64,000 nt of DNA. It comes from a bacterium. Its GTDB lineage: Bacteria; Zhuqueibacterota; Zhuqueibacteria; Residuimicrobiales; Krinioviventaceae. The stretch is taken from positions 928,001-992,000 of the forward strand of contig CAXXMD010000002.1 of NCBI GenBank assembly GCA_963675755.2, given 5' to 3'. The notes under the pieces are model-generated. The model did not search any database. It saw nothing but the letters and a program-made list of their open reading frames with translations, and was not told where the DNA came from. The translations under genes were made by a program, and so were the position numbers. Positions 9,690-19,998 of the stretch are shown in pieces (within the stretch, counting starts at the first letter, position 1; each line of letters opens with the position of its first letter).

Positions 9690-10442
9690 ATGAGTTATAT
9701 TGATTCAAAATTTTTGGAACAGATTTCTAATGCCCAAAACATTGTAGTTCTAACAGGAGCAGGCATTAGTGCGGAAAGTGGGGTTCCCACTTTTCGAGGT
9801 AAAGAAGGTCTTTGGAAAAACATTGATCCTATCAAGCTTGCCAGCCAGGAAGCTTTTATACAGAATCCGGAATTGGTTTGGGAATGGTATGAATACCGAA
9901 AATCAATCATTAATTCAGTGTCACCTAATCCCGGGCATTACGCACTTTGTGAATTAGAGTCACTGTATAATTCATTCACCCTATGTACTCAAAATGTGGA
10001 TGGTTTACATCAAATGGCTGGAAGTAAAAATGTGCTTGAATTACATGGAAATATCCATAAAAGTCGTTGCAACCGCTGTTATCAAAAATATGACAATATA
10101 CACTATTCTAAAACTGCAGAGCTGCCCAAATGCACATGTGGCGCTTTACTAAGACCAAGCGTTGTTTGGTTCGGTGAAAACCTGCAAAAAGATGTAATTG
10201 AGGCATCTTTTAAAGCAGCAGAATCAGCAAATGTATTTATTGTTGCAGGAACTTCATCTATTGTTTATCCTGCAGCCATGCTTCCACAAGAGGCTGGTAA
10301 AAATGGTGCATTGTTAATTGAAATCAACATGACTGAAACACCTCTTACTCCACTTGTTGACCAATTTATGTCAGGTAAAACAGGTGAAATATTGCCAGAG
10401 TTGCTAAAGTCAATACATACATTGAGGAAAGTCAATGCTTGA
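9690..10442 (+). CDS. cobB: NAD-dependent protein deacylase (class III sirtuin)
   Basis: GAGISAESGVPTFRG, TQNVDGLH, HGN, Zn cysteines, RPSVVWFGE; WYEYR carries the Tyr/Arg pair typical of desuccinylases. Confidence 0.93.
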   Translation: MSYIDSKFLEQISNAQNIVVLTGAGISAESGVPTFRGKEGLWKNIDPIKLASQEAFIQNPELVWEWYEYRKSIINSVSPNPGHYALCELESLYNSFTLCTQNVDGLHQMAGSKNVLELHGNIHKSRCNRCYQKYDNIHYSKTAELPKCTCGALLRPSVVWFGENLQKDVIEASFKAAESANVFIVAGTSSIVYPAAMLPQEAGKNGALLIEINMTETPLTPLVDQFMSGKTGEILPELLKSIHTLRKVNA

Positions 10443-12822
10443 CAAAAAATATTCCAAGTTTGTTTTTTTCATCATTCCCACCTTTGTACTCTTGTTTTCA
10501 GGCTGTGCATATTATAACACGTTTTACAATGCAAAACAGTTTTATAAGGATGCAGAAAAAGACAGAATAGAACGTGAAAAAAAAATGGTAGTAGAGCTTA
10601 CCGAACAGGAAAAAGCAGAAAGAAAAAAAGCTGGTGAAGCAACGGTTAATGCATCTGAAAAACCCAGCCAACAGGAAATGCAAAACTATCAAAAAGCTAT
10701 TGAAAGGGCATCAAGAGTTTTAGAGTTTTATCCGGACAGCAAGTATGTAGATGATGCACTGATGTTGTTAGGAAGATGTTTTTACTACCGCCAGGAATAC
10801 CAAAAATCACAACGAAAATTTGAAGAGATAATGCAATTATATCCGGATAGTGATTTCATTCCGGAAGCAAAATTATTAATGGCAAAATGCAAATTGGGAT
10901 TAGAAGAATTTGATGAAGCAGAGACTCAATTCTTAAACTTGTCTATTGCGAAAAATACTCCCAAAGAAATTCAGGAAGAAGCTAAATTTGAGCTTGCCGG
11001 ATTATATTTTAAAAAACAAAGCTATGAACTTGCTGCTCAAAATTTTGCCAGTTCTGCTAAAGAGGCAGATGACAAACTCATTCGTGCCATGTCACTTTAT
11101 AGATTGGGTGAATGTAATATTGAATTGCAGGACTTTCAGGAAGCAATTAATCTTTTTAACCGATCTGCTAAAGAAAGCCCAAATGAAGAATTTAAATCTC
11201 AGGCAACATATAAACTTGGTGCCGCATATGGATTTGCACAAGAATATGACAATGCAATAGAAACATATGACAAGTTATTATCTACAGAATATGACGACAC
11301 TCGTATCCCAATGATTAAACTTGCTCTTGCTGAAAACCTTCAAAAAAAGGGTGAAATGGAAGAATCTGTAAACTGGTATCTGAATATTATTGAAGAACAT
11401 AAACGTACAGATGCTTCAGCACGAAGCTTTTATGCATTAGGGCTTATAGAAGAATATATCAACAAGGATTATCAAAGAGCAAAAGAAAACTATGATATGG
11501 TTCGTAGTGAATTTGCCAATTCTCTCATTGCACCGGATGCAAAAGACAGATCAGATAATATTAGATTATTATTGGATCTAAATAAAGAAATAGCCAAACT
11601 TGAAGGAAGATACGTAGAAACAGATTCTACGGAAGGCGAAGGTGATCCCAATCAAATGGCGGAACGAGATAAACGCGATGATGCCCCAATTAGCCTCTCC
11701 AGTGATGGGATGTGGATAAATTATGCCGGCAGACATCGTCCACCACCAACTTCATTACTGGACCTTACTGAAGAAGATTTAGAACGTTCAGCAATTGCGT
11801 CCCAAATGGCTGCAACAACCGATTCAACAGATTCAACAGGTGCCCAAATAGCTACAAAGCCGGCAGTACTTGACAGTGCCACGCTTGCAGAAATGAAAGC
11901 AAAGCAGGAAAAAGAAAAGATCTTTACCCTGGCTGAAAAACGAATGGCTCTTGCTGAAATATTATTTTTCAACTTTGACAAACCAGATTCAGCAGCCAGG
12001 TTGTACGAAACAATAATCGAAAATCAGGTTGATTCCTCTATTTCGACAAGTGCCATGTATTCTTTGGGCTATCTATACCAAAACATTCTTCAGGACTCTA
12101 TTAAAGCTGATTCAGTATTAAATTCACTTATTGTTTTTAATCCTGAAAGCGAGCAAGCCAAGGGCGCCAAGAAACTATTAGGTATACCCATTGTTGAAGA
12201 TAAAATAGATTCTGCATTTATCTTTTTTAAAAATGCAGAAAATGCATATTGGGAAGAAGAGAATCCTGATAAAGCGATCGAATTATACGAGTATGTAATT
12301 GAACATTATCCGGAATCCGAGTATGCCCCCAAATCAGCCTTTGCACGGGCATGGATGTATGAGAAAATTTTGATCCAGCCGGAACAAGCTCTCGAGTTAT
12401 ATAAAAACTTTGTTGAACAATGGCCTGAAACGGAATACACTCAAAAGATGATAAAACCCCGATTAGCGGCAGTTGATAATTATCTCAAAGCTGAAGAAGC
12501 AAAACAAAAAGCAATTGCCGACTCTATTGCCCAAGCTGAAGCAGCATTACAGGATTCATTAAATGCAGCGAATGGTGATTCATTAGCAGCTACCACAGTT
12601 GCAGATTCACTGGATACCAATTCTGTCAGTCAAAATGACAGCACAGTTGTTAATCAAGGTAAAAAATTACCATTACCTGCAAATGTAAATGCACAACAAC
12701 CCAGTGAAAATCAAACAGATGATAAACCTGCAGCCGAAGCAAAACCACCGGAAAATCAAGAGGTTCCGGCTTTACCACCTGCCAGTGATACCGCACCCAA
12801 AGATAAAGGGAAAACGAATTGA
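10435..12822 (+). CDS. TPR-repeat outer-membrane lipoprotein (SprE/PorW-like or BamD-related)
   Basis: Lipobox FSGC followed by AYYNTFYNA; YPDSKYVDDA; many TPRs; low-complexity C-terminal tail. Confidence 0.75.
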   Translation: MLDKKYSKFVFFIIPTFVLLFSGCAYYNTFYNAKQFYKDAEKDRIEREKKMVVELTEQEKAERKKAGEATVNASEKPSQQEMQNYQKAIERASRVLEFYPDSKYVDDALMLLGRCFYYRQEYQKSQRKFEEIMQLYPDSDFIPEAKLLMAKCKLGLEEFDEAETQFLNLSIAKNTPKEIQEEAKFELAGLYFKKQSYELAAQNFASSAKEADDKLIRAMSLYRLGECNIELQDFQEAINLFNRSAKESPNEEFKSQATYKLGAAYGFAQEYDNAIETYDKLLSTEYDDTRIPMIKLALAENLQKKGEMEESVNWYLNIIEEHKRTDASARSFYALGLIEEYINKDYQRAKENYDMVRSEFANSLIAPDAKDRSDNIRLLLDLNKEIAKLEGRYVETDSTEGEGDPNQMAERDKRDDAPISLSSDGMWINYAGRHRPPPTSLLDLTEEDLERSAIASQMAATTDSTDSTGAQIATKPAVLDSATLAEMKAKQEKEKIFTLAEKRMALAEILFFNFDKPDSAARLYETIIENQVDSSISTSAMYSLGYLYQNILQDSIKADSVLNSLIVFNPESEQAKGAKKLLGIPIVEDKIDSAFIFFKNAENAYWEEENPDKAIELYEYVIEHYPESEYAPKSAFARAWMYEKILIQPEQALELYKNFVEQWPETEYTQKMIKPRLAAVDNYLKAEEAKQKAIADSIAQAEAALQDSLNAANGDSLAATTVADSLDTNSVSQNDSTVVNQGKKLPLPANVNAQQPSENQTDDKPAAEAKPPENQEVPALPPASDTAPKDKGKTN

Positions 12823-13634
12823 CAGTAAAGAAAAAAGCAATACCTGTTCCCATTGTTGATATCAAAGAAACAGCTCTGGATACATTTCAATTCACACTTC
12901 TTGATCCTGAAATTGCTCAAAATTCACATTCAGGACAATTTGTAAACATTTCTATTAAAAACATTCCCAATTTGTTATGGCGAAGACCGTTAGGGATACA
13001 CCAATGTGATCCTAAAAAGGGTACATTTGACATATTATTCAAAGCAATTGGTAGAGGCACCAAAGCAATTTCCCAGTTAAAAAAAGGTGATATGCTTGAT
13101 ATTCTTGGCCCCCTGGGTAACACATTTGATTACCCGGAAAATTTAAATGAGGTTATAATTGTTGCTGGAGGTTTAGGGATAGCTCCGTTTGTACTCATGC
13201 TGCAGGACATAGAAGACCGTAATATTGCCTCCACCCTTTTCTTTGGTGTTAAAACCGCAAAAGAATTGTGCTGTATAGATGTATTTAAATCCTTTAATAC
13301 AGATATACATATTTCCACAGAAGATGGTACTTTGGGTGACAAAGGACTCGTCACCTCTGGTCTTGAGCAATATTTATCTACTCTTTCTACAGTGCAAGGA
13401 AAACAGTTGTATGTGTGCGGCCCTACTCCAATGCTAAAAGCTGTAAAAGAAATTGCTGAAAAATACAACATTAATGCCCAGGTATCAATGGAAACTATAA
13501 TGGCTTGTGGATTTGGTGCCTGTATGGGTTGTCCGGTTCCACTTGCAAACCCCACTGAAGAAGGCAAAGATTATTTGCTTGCCTGTAAAGATGGACCTGT
13601 ATTTAACATGAAAGATATAATCATAAATGAGTGA
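12819..13634 (+). CDS. pyrK: Dihydroorotate dehydrogenase electron-transfer subunit
   Basis: GPLGN, AGGLGIAP, CGPTPM and 2Fe-2S motif MACGFGACMGC...CKDGPVF; overlaps pyrD. Confidence 0.93.
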   Translation: MTVKKKAIPVPIVDIKETALDTFQFTLLDPEIAQNSHSGQFVNISIKNIPNLLWRRPLGIHQCDPKKGTFDILFKAIGRGTKAISQLKKGDMLDILGPLGNTFDYPENLNEVIIVAGGLGIAPFVLMLQDIEDRNIASTLFFGVKTAKELCCIDVFKSFNTDIHISTEDGTLGDKGLVTSGLEQYLSTLSTVQGKQLYVCGPTPMLKAVKEIAEKYNINAQVSMETIMACGFGACMGCPVPLANPTEEGKDYLLACKDGPVFNMKDIIINE

Positions 13635-14538
13635 TTTAAAAGTCAAGATTGGTAGTATGGAAATGGCAAACCCGGTCTCGGTTGCCAGTGGTACATTTGG
13701 ATATGCGGAAGAATTTAAAGATTTTTTTGATCTCAATGCACTGGGTGCAATTATAACCAAAACTGTTACCATTGAACCCAGACCAGGCAATGCTCCCACA
13801 CGAATTGCGGAAACTTCTGGTGGTATGCTCAACTCTATCGGATTGCCCAATGTGGGTGTAAATCAATTTATCAAAGATAAAATGCCTTTTTTACAAACGC
13901 TTACCACAAAGATTATAGTAAATGTTGCCGGAAAAACCGATAAAGACTATCCTGAGATTGTATCTATTCTGAATGATGTCCCGGGTATTGATGCTTATGA
14001 GCTCAACTATTCCTGCCCTAATGTTAAAGAAGGCGGACTCTCCTTTAGTGCAAATCCTCAAGTTGCAGAAGCAGTCACTCAAAATGTAAGAAAACAAACT
14101 ACTCGTCCTATAATCGCCAAACTTACACCCAATGTAACATCCATTGGAGAAATTGGACGTGCTGTTGAAAACGGTGGTGCCGATGCAGTAAGCGCTATCA
14201 ACACACTGGTTGGCATGGCAATAGATATTAGGACTCGTAAACCCAAAATATCAACAGTAACTGCGGGTTATTCAGGACCGTCAATTAAACCCATTGCTCT
14301 TGCTAAAGTTTATGAACTCTATAATTCAATTTCCATTCCTATAATGGGAATTGGCGGTATTGAAAATACTACCGATGCCCTTGAATTTATGATGGCTGGA
14401 GCCTCAGCTATTCAGGTCGGTACAGCGAATTTTTACAATCCTCTTGCTTCTTTTGAAATAACCCAGGGATTAGAAACCTGGTGCAAGGAACAAAATATTA
14501 CTCAACTATCTCAACTAACCGGTTCATTATTACCATAA
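13627..14538 (+). CDS. pyrD: Dihydroorotate dehydrogenase family 1B catalytic subunit
   Basis: ASGTFG, NSIGL, NYSCPN, KLTPN, INT, SGPSIKP and GIGGI motifs. Confidence 0.95.
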   Translation: MSDLKVKIGSMEMANPVSVASGTFGYAEEFKDFFDLNALGAIITKTVTIEPRPGNAPTRIAETSGGMLNSIGLPNVGVNQFIKDKMPFLQTLTTKIIVNVAGKTDKDYPEIVSILNDVPGIDAYELNYSCPNVKEGGLSFSANPQVAEAVTQNVRKQTTRPIIAKLTPNVTSIGEIGRAVENGGADAVSAINTLVGMAIDIRTRKPKISTVTAGYSGPSIKPIALAKVYELYNSISIPIMGIGGIENTTDALEFMMAGASAIQVGTANFYNPLASFEITQGLETWCKEQNITQLSQLTGSLLP

Positions 14539-14552
14539 ATTTTATAAAAACA

Positions 14553-14996
14553 ATGAAATTATTCAGGAATCGTTTTCATTTCTTGTTATTTTTTATTATA
14601 ATACCAAGTGTATTTTGTGTTCCGGATCCTAGGTATAGAGCGAATAGCAGTTTAGTATCCGAACCGACAAATCAAAAGCAGTCTTTTCAATCAAAAATAT
14701 ATGAGCGTGGTACTGCATCATATATGGGTAAAGAATTGAATGGGCGCAAGACCGCCAATGGTGAATCATACAATATGTGGGCAATGGCAGCCGCACATAA
14801 AAAACTTCCATTCGGAACCATTGTACAGGTAAAAAATCTAAAAAATAACAAAACAGTCAATGTACGAATTAACGACAGAGGGCCGTTTGTTAGAGGCCGT
14901 GTAATTGATGTTACATATGCCGCGGCTAAAAAACTTGATTTCGTCAATGACGGACTTGCTGAGGTAGAGTTGTATATTGTTCAACCCGTCCAGTAA
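14553..14996 (+). CDS. rlpA: Septal ring lytic transglycosylase RlpA-family protein (DPBB domain only)
   Basis: GRKTANGE, AAHKKLPFGT, VRINDRGPFVRGRVID; ATG at 14553 gives a signal peptide. Confidence 0.88.
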   Translation: MKLFRNRFHFLLFFIIIPSVFCVPDPRYRANSSLVSEPTNQKQSFQSKIYERGTASYMGKELNGRKTANGESYNMWAMAAAHKKLPFGTIVQVKNLKNNKTVNVRINDRGPFVRGRVIDVTYAAAKKLDFVNDGLAEVELYIVQPVQ

Positions 14997-15012
14997 TGGA
15001 CCCGGAGGAATT

Positions 15013-15840
15013 TTGAATTACAAAGATTTTCTTGTTCGGTTTATTGTTGCCCTTGTTATGGGACCATTATTAATAGCTACATTTTATTTCGGTAAAATCT
15101 ATCTACTTATTTTTGTAACCCTAGTTACCTGGTTCTCCCTAAAAGAATTTTTTGACATGTCACGTAACAAAGAGGTTTACGGGCAACTGATAATTGGCGG
15201 TGCTTCTGCTCTGATTATCCTTATATCCATCTATTACCACTCTCCCGAAGCAATAGCAACATTTGTTCTCATGTCAATTATTGCTATTTTCTTTAAAGAA
15301 TTATACCAAAAACAGGGATCTCCCCTATTAAATGCATCCGTAACCTTGTTCGGCACCCTGTTTCTCAGCTTTTTACTTGGAAGTTTTATTTTATTACGCC
15401 AACTCCCCTTATACAAAGGCATTCCATACAATTGGGGTGGCGGTTGGCTGGTTATGATCTTGTTAACGACATGGTTATGTGATACTGCTGCATACGTTCT
15501 GGGTTCCATGTTCGGCAAACACAAACTGATAAAACGCATCAGTCCAAATAAATCTATTGAAGGTTCAGCTGCGGGATTTGTTTTCTCCATAGTTGGCGTA
15601 TTAATCTGCCATTTCTGGTTCGTTCACGGTCTTGAGCTTAAAGATTCTATCTTTATTGGTGCTATAATTGGTAGTTTTGGTCAATATGGTGATCTGTTTG
15701 AATCCATGATTAAACGCGACGCAGGTGTTAAAGACTCATCAAACTTGATTCCAGGGCATGGTGGTGTTTATGACAGATTTGACAGCTTGATGGTCTCTAC
15801 ACCCATTATTTACATCTATTTAAATTTCTATGCCCTGTAA
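15013..15840 (+). CDS. cdsA: Phosphatidate cytidylyltransferase
   Basis: ISPNKSIEG and GDLFESMIKRDAGVKDS..IPGHGGVYDRFDS; TTG start at 15013 after GGAGG. Confidence 0.94.
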   Translation: MNYKDFLVRFIVALVMGPLLIATFYFGKIYLLIFVTLVTWFSLKEFFDMSRNKEVYGQLIIGGASALIILISIYYHSPEAIATFVLMSIIAIFFKELYQKQGSPLLNASVTLFGTLFLSFLLGSFILLRQLPLYKGIPYNWGGGWLVMILLTTWLCDTAAYVLGSMFGKHKLIKRISPNKSIEGSAAGFVFSIVGVLICHFWFVHGLELKDSIFIGAIIGSFGQYGDLFESMIKRDAGVKDSSNLIPGHGGVYDRFDSLMVSTPIIYIYLNFYAL

Positions 15841-15843
15841 AAA

Positions 15844-16002
15844 TTACATTTTTTGAAAATCAGATTTTGCAGCTCCACAAACGGGACATTCCCAATCTTC
15901 AGGAATATCTTCAAATTTAGTTCCGGGTTCAATTCCGCTATCCGGGTCACCACTCTCTGGATCATAAACATAACCGCATTGTGTACAAATATACTTTTCC
16001 AT
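15844..16002 (-). CDS. Rubredoxin (52 aa), below the ORF-track cutoff
   Basis: Manual translation [52 protein letters not shown] with two CxxCG motifs; GAGGA SD. Confidence 0.96.
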   Translation of the reverse strand: MEKYICTQCGYVYDPESGDPDSGIEPGTKFEDIPEDWECPVCGAAKSDFQKM

Positions 16003-16059
16003 AGTTTCATCCTCTGTTTTTTGAATTCTGTATATTTAATATTAATTAAATCAAAAGAA

Positions 16060-16719
16060 TTATTCAATAAAATTCTTATCACTTAAAACTTGAGAGTTTA
16101 TCAATTCTTCAAGTTTGTCCTTAAACATCCCCAAATGAATACCATCAACAAACATGTGATTTACCTGAATATTATAAGGCAAAAGCACCTTGTTATCTCT
16201 TGAATAATATTTACCCCAGGAAATTCGAGGAATTGCATCTTCCTGCTTCATATTTATTGTGTGATCAATACTGGTAAACGATATCCATGGAATTGCAGAG
16301 TAGAATACAAAATCATCACGATTTATAAAATCCTGAACTTTAAAATATTCTTTTTGATTTTCAGCTTTATCTTTGGCAGATTGTACAAATTCAATTAATT
16401 CGGTACACATTTCTACTGTAACCATTTTAAACAAATCAGAGCCTTTGTCAATATGAGCAAAAGACGGAGTTAAAATCTCATGTAAAATGACTTTATCTTT
16501 TCTTAGACGATATCTAAAATTTTCAATGTCATTTAGTGCTTTTGTTGAAAAATAAACAAGTACAAGATTTAAGGATAGGTTATTGGCTTTTGTAAAGTCT
16601 AATAAATTTGTAATATCCATATCGAAACAAATATTATAAAGAGGATATGCAACATTTCTAAAAAAATTAAAATGTTCTTTACGACGCCAGGTATCAATGT
16701 TTATTTCTTGCATGTTCAT
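16060..16719 (-). CDS. CatA-like (chloramphenicol) O-acetyltransferase family protein
   Basis: WRRKEHFNFF, SAIPWISFTS, PRISWGKY and QVNHMFVDGIH, with the catalytic His/Asp retained. Confidence 0.85.
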   Translation of the reverse strand: MNMQEINIDTWRRKEHFNFFRNVAYPLYNICFDMDITNLLDFTKANNLSLNLVLVYFSTKALNDIENFRYRLRKDKVILHEILTPSFAHIDKGSDLFKMVTVEMCTELIEFVQSAKDKAENQKEYFKVQDFINRDDFVFYSAIPWISFTSIDHTINMKQEDAIPRISWGKYYSRDNKVLLPYNIQVNHMFVDGIHLGMFKDKLEELINSQVLSDKNFIE

Positions 16720-16854
16720 ATTCCTATAGAGGAAATTTTCCTAAATTAAAATTAAATAAATGAGATTTGCACATGATTAAATATAAATTTATGATAAATT
16801 GGCAGGAATCAAAACAATAAAATTAAAAGTAGGAAGAAAATGAATGGTATGGCT

Positions 16855-16887
16855 AAAACCTTCCCGGAATGAATTCGGGAAGGTTTT
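16855..16887. terminator. Intrinsic terminator after the PfpI-like gene (potentially bidirectional)
   Basis: AAAACCTTCCCGGA...TTCGGGAAGGTTTT hairpin. Confidence 0.7.
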
Positions 16888-16893
16888 AATAAA

Positions 16894-17418
16894 TTAATTT
16901 TCAAAAAACGTAATAATTGCTTTACAATAATCGGGTAAATCATCTGGTCTGCGGCTTGAAATCATGTTCCTGTCCACAACAACCGGTTCATCTACCCACT
17001 CTGCTCCAGCATTTGTAATATCATCTTTAATGCCGGGAGTTGAAGTACAACGATAACCATTCATAATACCAGCGGATATCGTTATCCATCCTGCATGACA
17101 AATATGGGCAATAAGCAGATTCTTTTCATGAAAATATCGTACTGTATCTAAAACTTTATCAAAGCGACGCAACTGGTCAGGTGCAAATCCACCGGGTATC
17201 ACAAGTCCATCATAGTCCTCGGGTTTAATATCATATATAGAAATATCTGATTTACAAGGATAACCATGTTTACCATCATAAACAACACCAGCCTCAGGGC
17301 CTGCTACAATTACGCTTGCTCCCTCTTCAATCAATCGAATTTTGGGGTACCACAATTCAAGATCTTCATAAATATGATCTACAAACATTAGAATCTTTTT
17401 ATTCTTTAATTTAGACAC
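16894..17418 (-). CDS. DJ-1/PfpI-family protease/glyoxalase
   Basis: YEDLELWYP, IPGGFAPD, nucleophile HICHAGW, SSRRPDDL; GTG start at 17418 after AGGAG. Confidence 0.9.
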   Translation of the reverse strand: MSKLKNKKILMFVDHIYEDLELWYPKIRLIEEGASVIVAGPEAGVVYDGKHGYPCKSDISIYDIKPEDYDGLVIPGGFAPDQLRRFDKVLDTVRYFHEKNLLIAHICHAGWITISAGIMNGYRCTSTPGIKDDITNAGAEWVDEPVVVDRNMISSRRPDDLPDYCKAIITFFEN

Positions 17419-17475
17419 AATGTTCTCCTTTATATAATTTAAACATTGTAACAGGGAGCATTGTATAAACATTTC

Positions 17476-17505
17476 AAAAAAAAAGCCGTTCAAAGTTGAA
17501 CGGCT
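17476..17505 (-). terminator. Intrinsic terminator after the AIM24 gene
   Basis: AGCCGTTCAA/TTGAACGGCT stem with a long T run on the minus strand. Confidence 0.8.
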
Positions 17506-17511
17506 AAAAAA

Positions 17512-18300
17512 TCAATCACCACCTATTAAATCACCTATGCCACCTAGTATCGATCCTTCACCTTTTCGGTTACCTCCTGCAGCAGGGGCGCTTTTGATAA
17601 TACGGTCAGCAAGTCTTGAGAATGGTAAACTTTGCAGGTATACAGTACCAGTTCCACGTAATGTAGCAAGGAATAATCCTTCACCACCAAAGAACATGGA
17701 TTTCAAATTACCAGCACGTTGAATGTCGTAATCCAATCCTGAAGAAAACGCAGCTATACAACCCGTGTCTACCATAATAACATCATTGTTTAATTGTTTT
17801 TTTACAATGGTTCCACCAGCATGAACAAATGCCATTCCATCACCTCTCAGGCGCTGCAAAATAAATCCTTCACCGCCAAAGAAACCAGTACCCAATCTTT
17901 TTGTAAATGCTATACTTACTTCTGTTCCAAGTGCAGCACAAAGAAACGCATCTTTTTGACAAATCAACTCACCACCAATGGTAGCCATATCAATGGGGAT
18001 AATTTTACCAGGATAAGGAGCAGCAAAAGCAACCTTTTTCTTACCGGAACCTGTATTGGTAAAATGAGTCATAAAAATGGATTCGCCGGTAATGGTACGT
18101 TTAGCAACATCTAAAAGTTTACCCATTACACCCTGATCAGCTTTAGAACCATCACCCATTTTAGCTTCAAAACTGATTCCACTGTCCATCCAGTTCATTG
18201 CACCTGCTTCGGCAATTACAGTTTCATTGGGATCAAGTTCTACCTCAACCACCTGTAAATCATCGCCAATAATCTCATAATCAATTTCATGACATTTCAT
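17512..18300 (-). CDS. AIM24/TIGR00266-family protein
   Basis: AEAGAM, TGESIF, QKDAFLC and repeated FFGGEG motifs. Confidence 0.9.
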   Translation of the reverse strand: MKCHEIDYEIIGDDLQVVEVELDPNETVIAEAGAMNWMDSGISFEAKMGDGSKADQGVMGKLLDVAKRTITGESIFMTHFTNTGSGKKKVAFAAPYPGKIIPIDMATIGGELICQKDAFLCAALGTEVSIAFTKRLGTGFFGGEGFILQRLRGDGMAFVHAGGTIVKKQLNNDVIMVDTGCIAAFSSGLDYDIQRAGNLKSMFFGGEGLFLATLRGTGTVYLQSLPFSRLADRIIKSAPAAGGNRKGEGSILGGIGDLIGGD

Positions 18301-18325
18301 TCAACAATCTCCTGTATTTATATTT

Positions 18326-19309
18326 TTATTTTAAAAACAGAGTAGCATCACCTAAACTAAAAAAACGATATTTTTCTTCAACTGCACACTCGTAAGCTGC
18401 TTTAACATTTTCCCAGCCATAAAAAGCACTTACCAGTAGTATCAGCGTAGATTTTGGCAAGTGAAAATTGGTGAACAATCCTTTTATTGGTAATTTAAAA
18501 TCAAATCCGGGGTAAATAAACATATCAGAAAATTCTGATTTTGCTTCCACCCTGCCGGTTTGACGAGCAGAAGACTCGATTGCCTTCAAAGCTGTGGTAC
18601 CCACAACAAACAGTCTCTTTGCATTATTTATCGAATCTGCAGCATCCTGATCAATAATATAATATTCCGGTTCCATCTTGTGCTCGGTAATATTGGGATC
18701 CCTAACCGGCAGAAATGTGCCAAAGCCAACATGCAATGTTACATAAACGATTTTAACACCTTTATCACTAATTTGTTGTAACAACTCGGGAGTAAAATGT
18801 AATCCCGAAGTGGGAGCTGCAAGTGATCCGGGTTCATCAGCATATACCGTTTGGTACTCGTCTCCTACTGTTCTTTTAATATAAGGTGGATTAGGATACA
18901 AATGCTGATCAATTACCGATTGCAATTTCTCTTTAAATTCAACAAAAAATATATCATTTTCCTGATCAACCACTTTGACATGGTGACCATCAAAAATAAA
19001 CTCGTTTCCAATCCTGACTTTTGAACACTGAATACGTGCTTTGGCAACATGTTCATCAATTGGAGCCATAACAATCATTTCTGCTTTTGCTCCGGTAACT
19101 TTATTACCAACAAGTTTATTTTTCAAAACACGGGTTTTATTCAGTACAAGTACATCATCTTTTTGTAAATAATTTATAGAATCATAAAAATGAGCATGTT
19201 TTTGAGTTTTACCCTGAACGACCAAAAGCCGGGAATGACTGCGTGGTGTTACAGCAGTCTGTGCAATCAATTCTTCAGGAAGGTTGTAATTAAAATCATC
19301 CAGTTTCAT
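18326..19309 (-). CDS. queA: S-adenosylmethionine:tRNA ribosyltransferase-isomerase
   Basis: LPEELIAQ, YQTVYA..GSLAAPTSGLHF, VTLHVGFGTF, TNFHLPKSTL, YRFFSLGD. Confidence 0.95.
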   Translation of the reverse strand: MKLDDFNYNLPEELIAQTAVTPRSHSRLLVVQGKTQKHAHFYDSINYLQKDDVLVLNKTRVLKNKLVGNKVTGAKAEMIVMAPIDEHVAKARIQCSKVRIGNEFIFDGHHVKVVDQENDIFFVEFKEKLQSVIDQHLYPNPPYIKRTVGDEYQTVYADEPGSLAAPTSGLHFTPELLQQISDKGVKIVYVTLHVGFGTFLPVRDPNITEHKMEPEYYIIDQDAADSINNAKRLFVVGTTALKAIESSARQTGRVEAKSEFSDMFIYPGFDFKLPIKGLFTNFHLPKSTLILLVSAFYGWENVKAAYECAVEEKYRFFSLGDATLFLK

Positions 19310-19316
19310 GTATAGC

Positions 19317-19997
19317 TTATCCTAAAATTTCCAGTAAACGTTCAGTATCAGTCAGATCTTTGAAAACAAAATCGGGTTCATGTTCTTCAAGTTGTGCTAC
19401 CGTATAATGAGCGGCTCCAACAGCAATTGAAACAGCATCATGAGGTTTTGCGCAATGAATATCAGCCGGGGTATCACCAATTACATATACATCACGTGGA
19501 TCTGGCTCAAGCTTGTATTGCTGCTTAAAACGATCAATTGCAAATGGTAACAATTCATTACGTATTCCGGAATCATCAGCAAAGGCACCAAATGAAAAAT
19601 AATCATTCAAACCAAAATAGTTAATTTTTATACGTCCACTTTGCTGCCAGTTGCCGGTTAATAGCCCAAGATACACATCATCACGTTCTGCCAACTTGGG
19701 CAACAATGCTTCAATTCCGGGCATGAGATATTTGTCACCAATAGGTTTTTGAATCTCTTCTTTTAAATAATTATAATAACATTCTTTATAGGATTTAAAA
19801 ACGGACTGATCAAATGGAATTGAAAATTTCACTAAAGCATCCTCAATAATAGAGGTATCTGTCCGACCAGCTAAATTTATTCCTGCAAGAGCATCTTTAA
19901 CATGATACACATCAAGAAATGCTTTATTCATAGCACGTAATCCAGCACCACCACTTAACATGAGTGTACCGTCTATATCAAATAATAAAACTTTCAT
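19317..19997 (-). CDS. HAD-family hydrolase (phosphoglycolate phosphatase-like)
   Basis: FDIDGTL, LTGN and IGDTPAD motifs. Confidence 0.88.
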   Translation of the reverse strand: MKVLLFDIDGTLMLSGGAGLRAMNKAFLDVYHVKDALAGINLAGRTDTSIIEDALVKFSIPFDQSVFKSYKECYYNYLKEEIQKPIGDKYLMPGIEALLPKLAERDDVYLGLLTGNWQQSGRIKINYFGLNDYFSFGAFADDSGIRNELLPFAIDRFKQQYKLEPDPRDVYVIGDTPADIHCAKPHDAVSIAVGAAHYTVAQLEEHEPDFVFKDLTDTERLLEILG

Positions 19998-19998
19998 A

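Noticed and set aside
15828-16086. ORF-track calls 15828..16082(-) and 15853..16086(+)
   Set aside because: The region is explained by the rubredoxin at 15844..16002 in another frame
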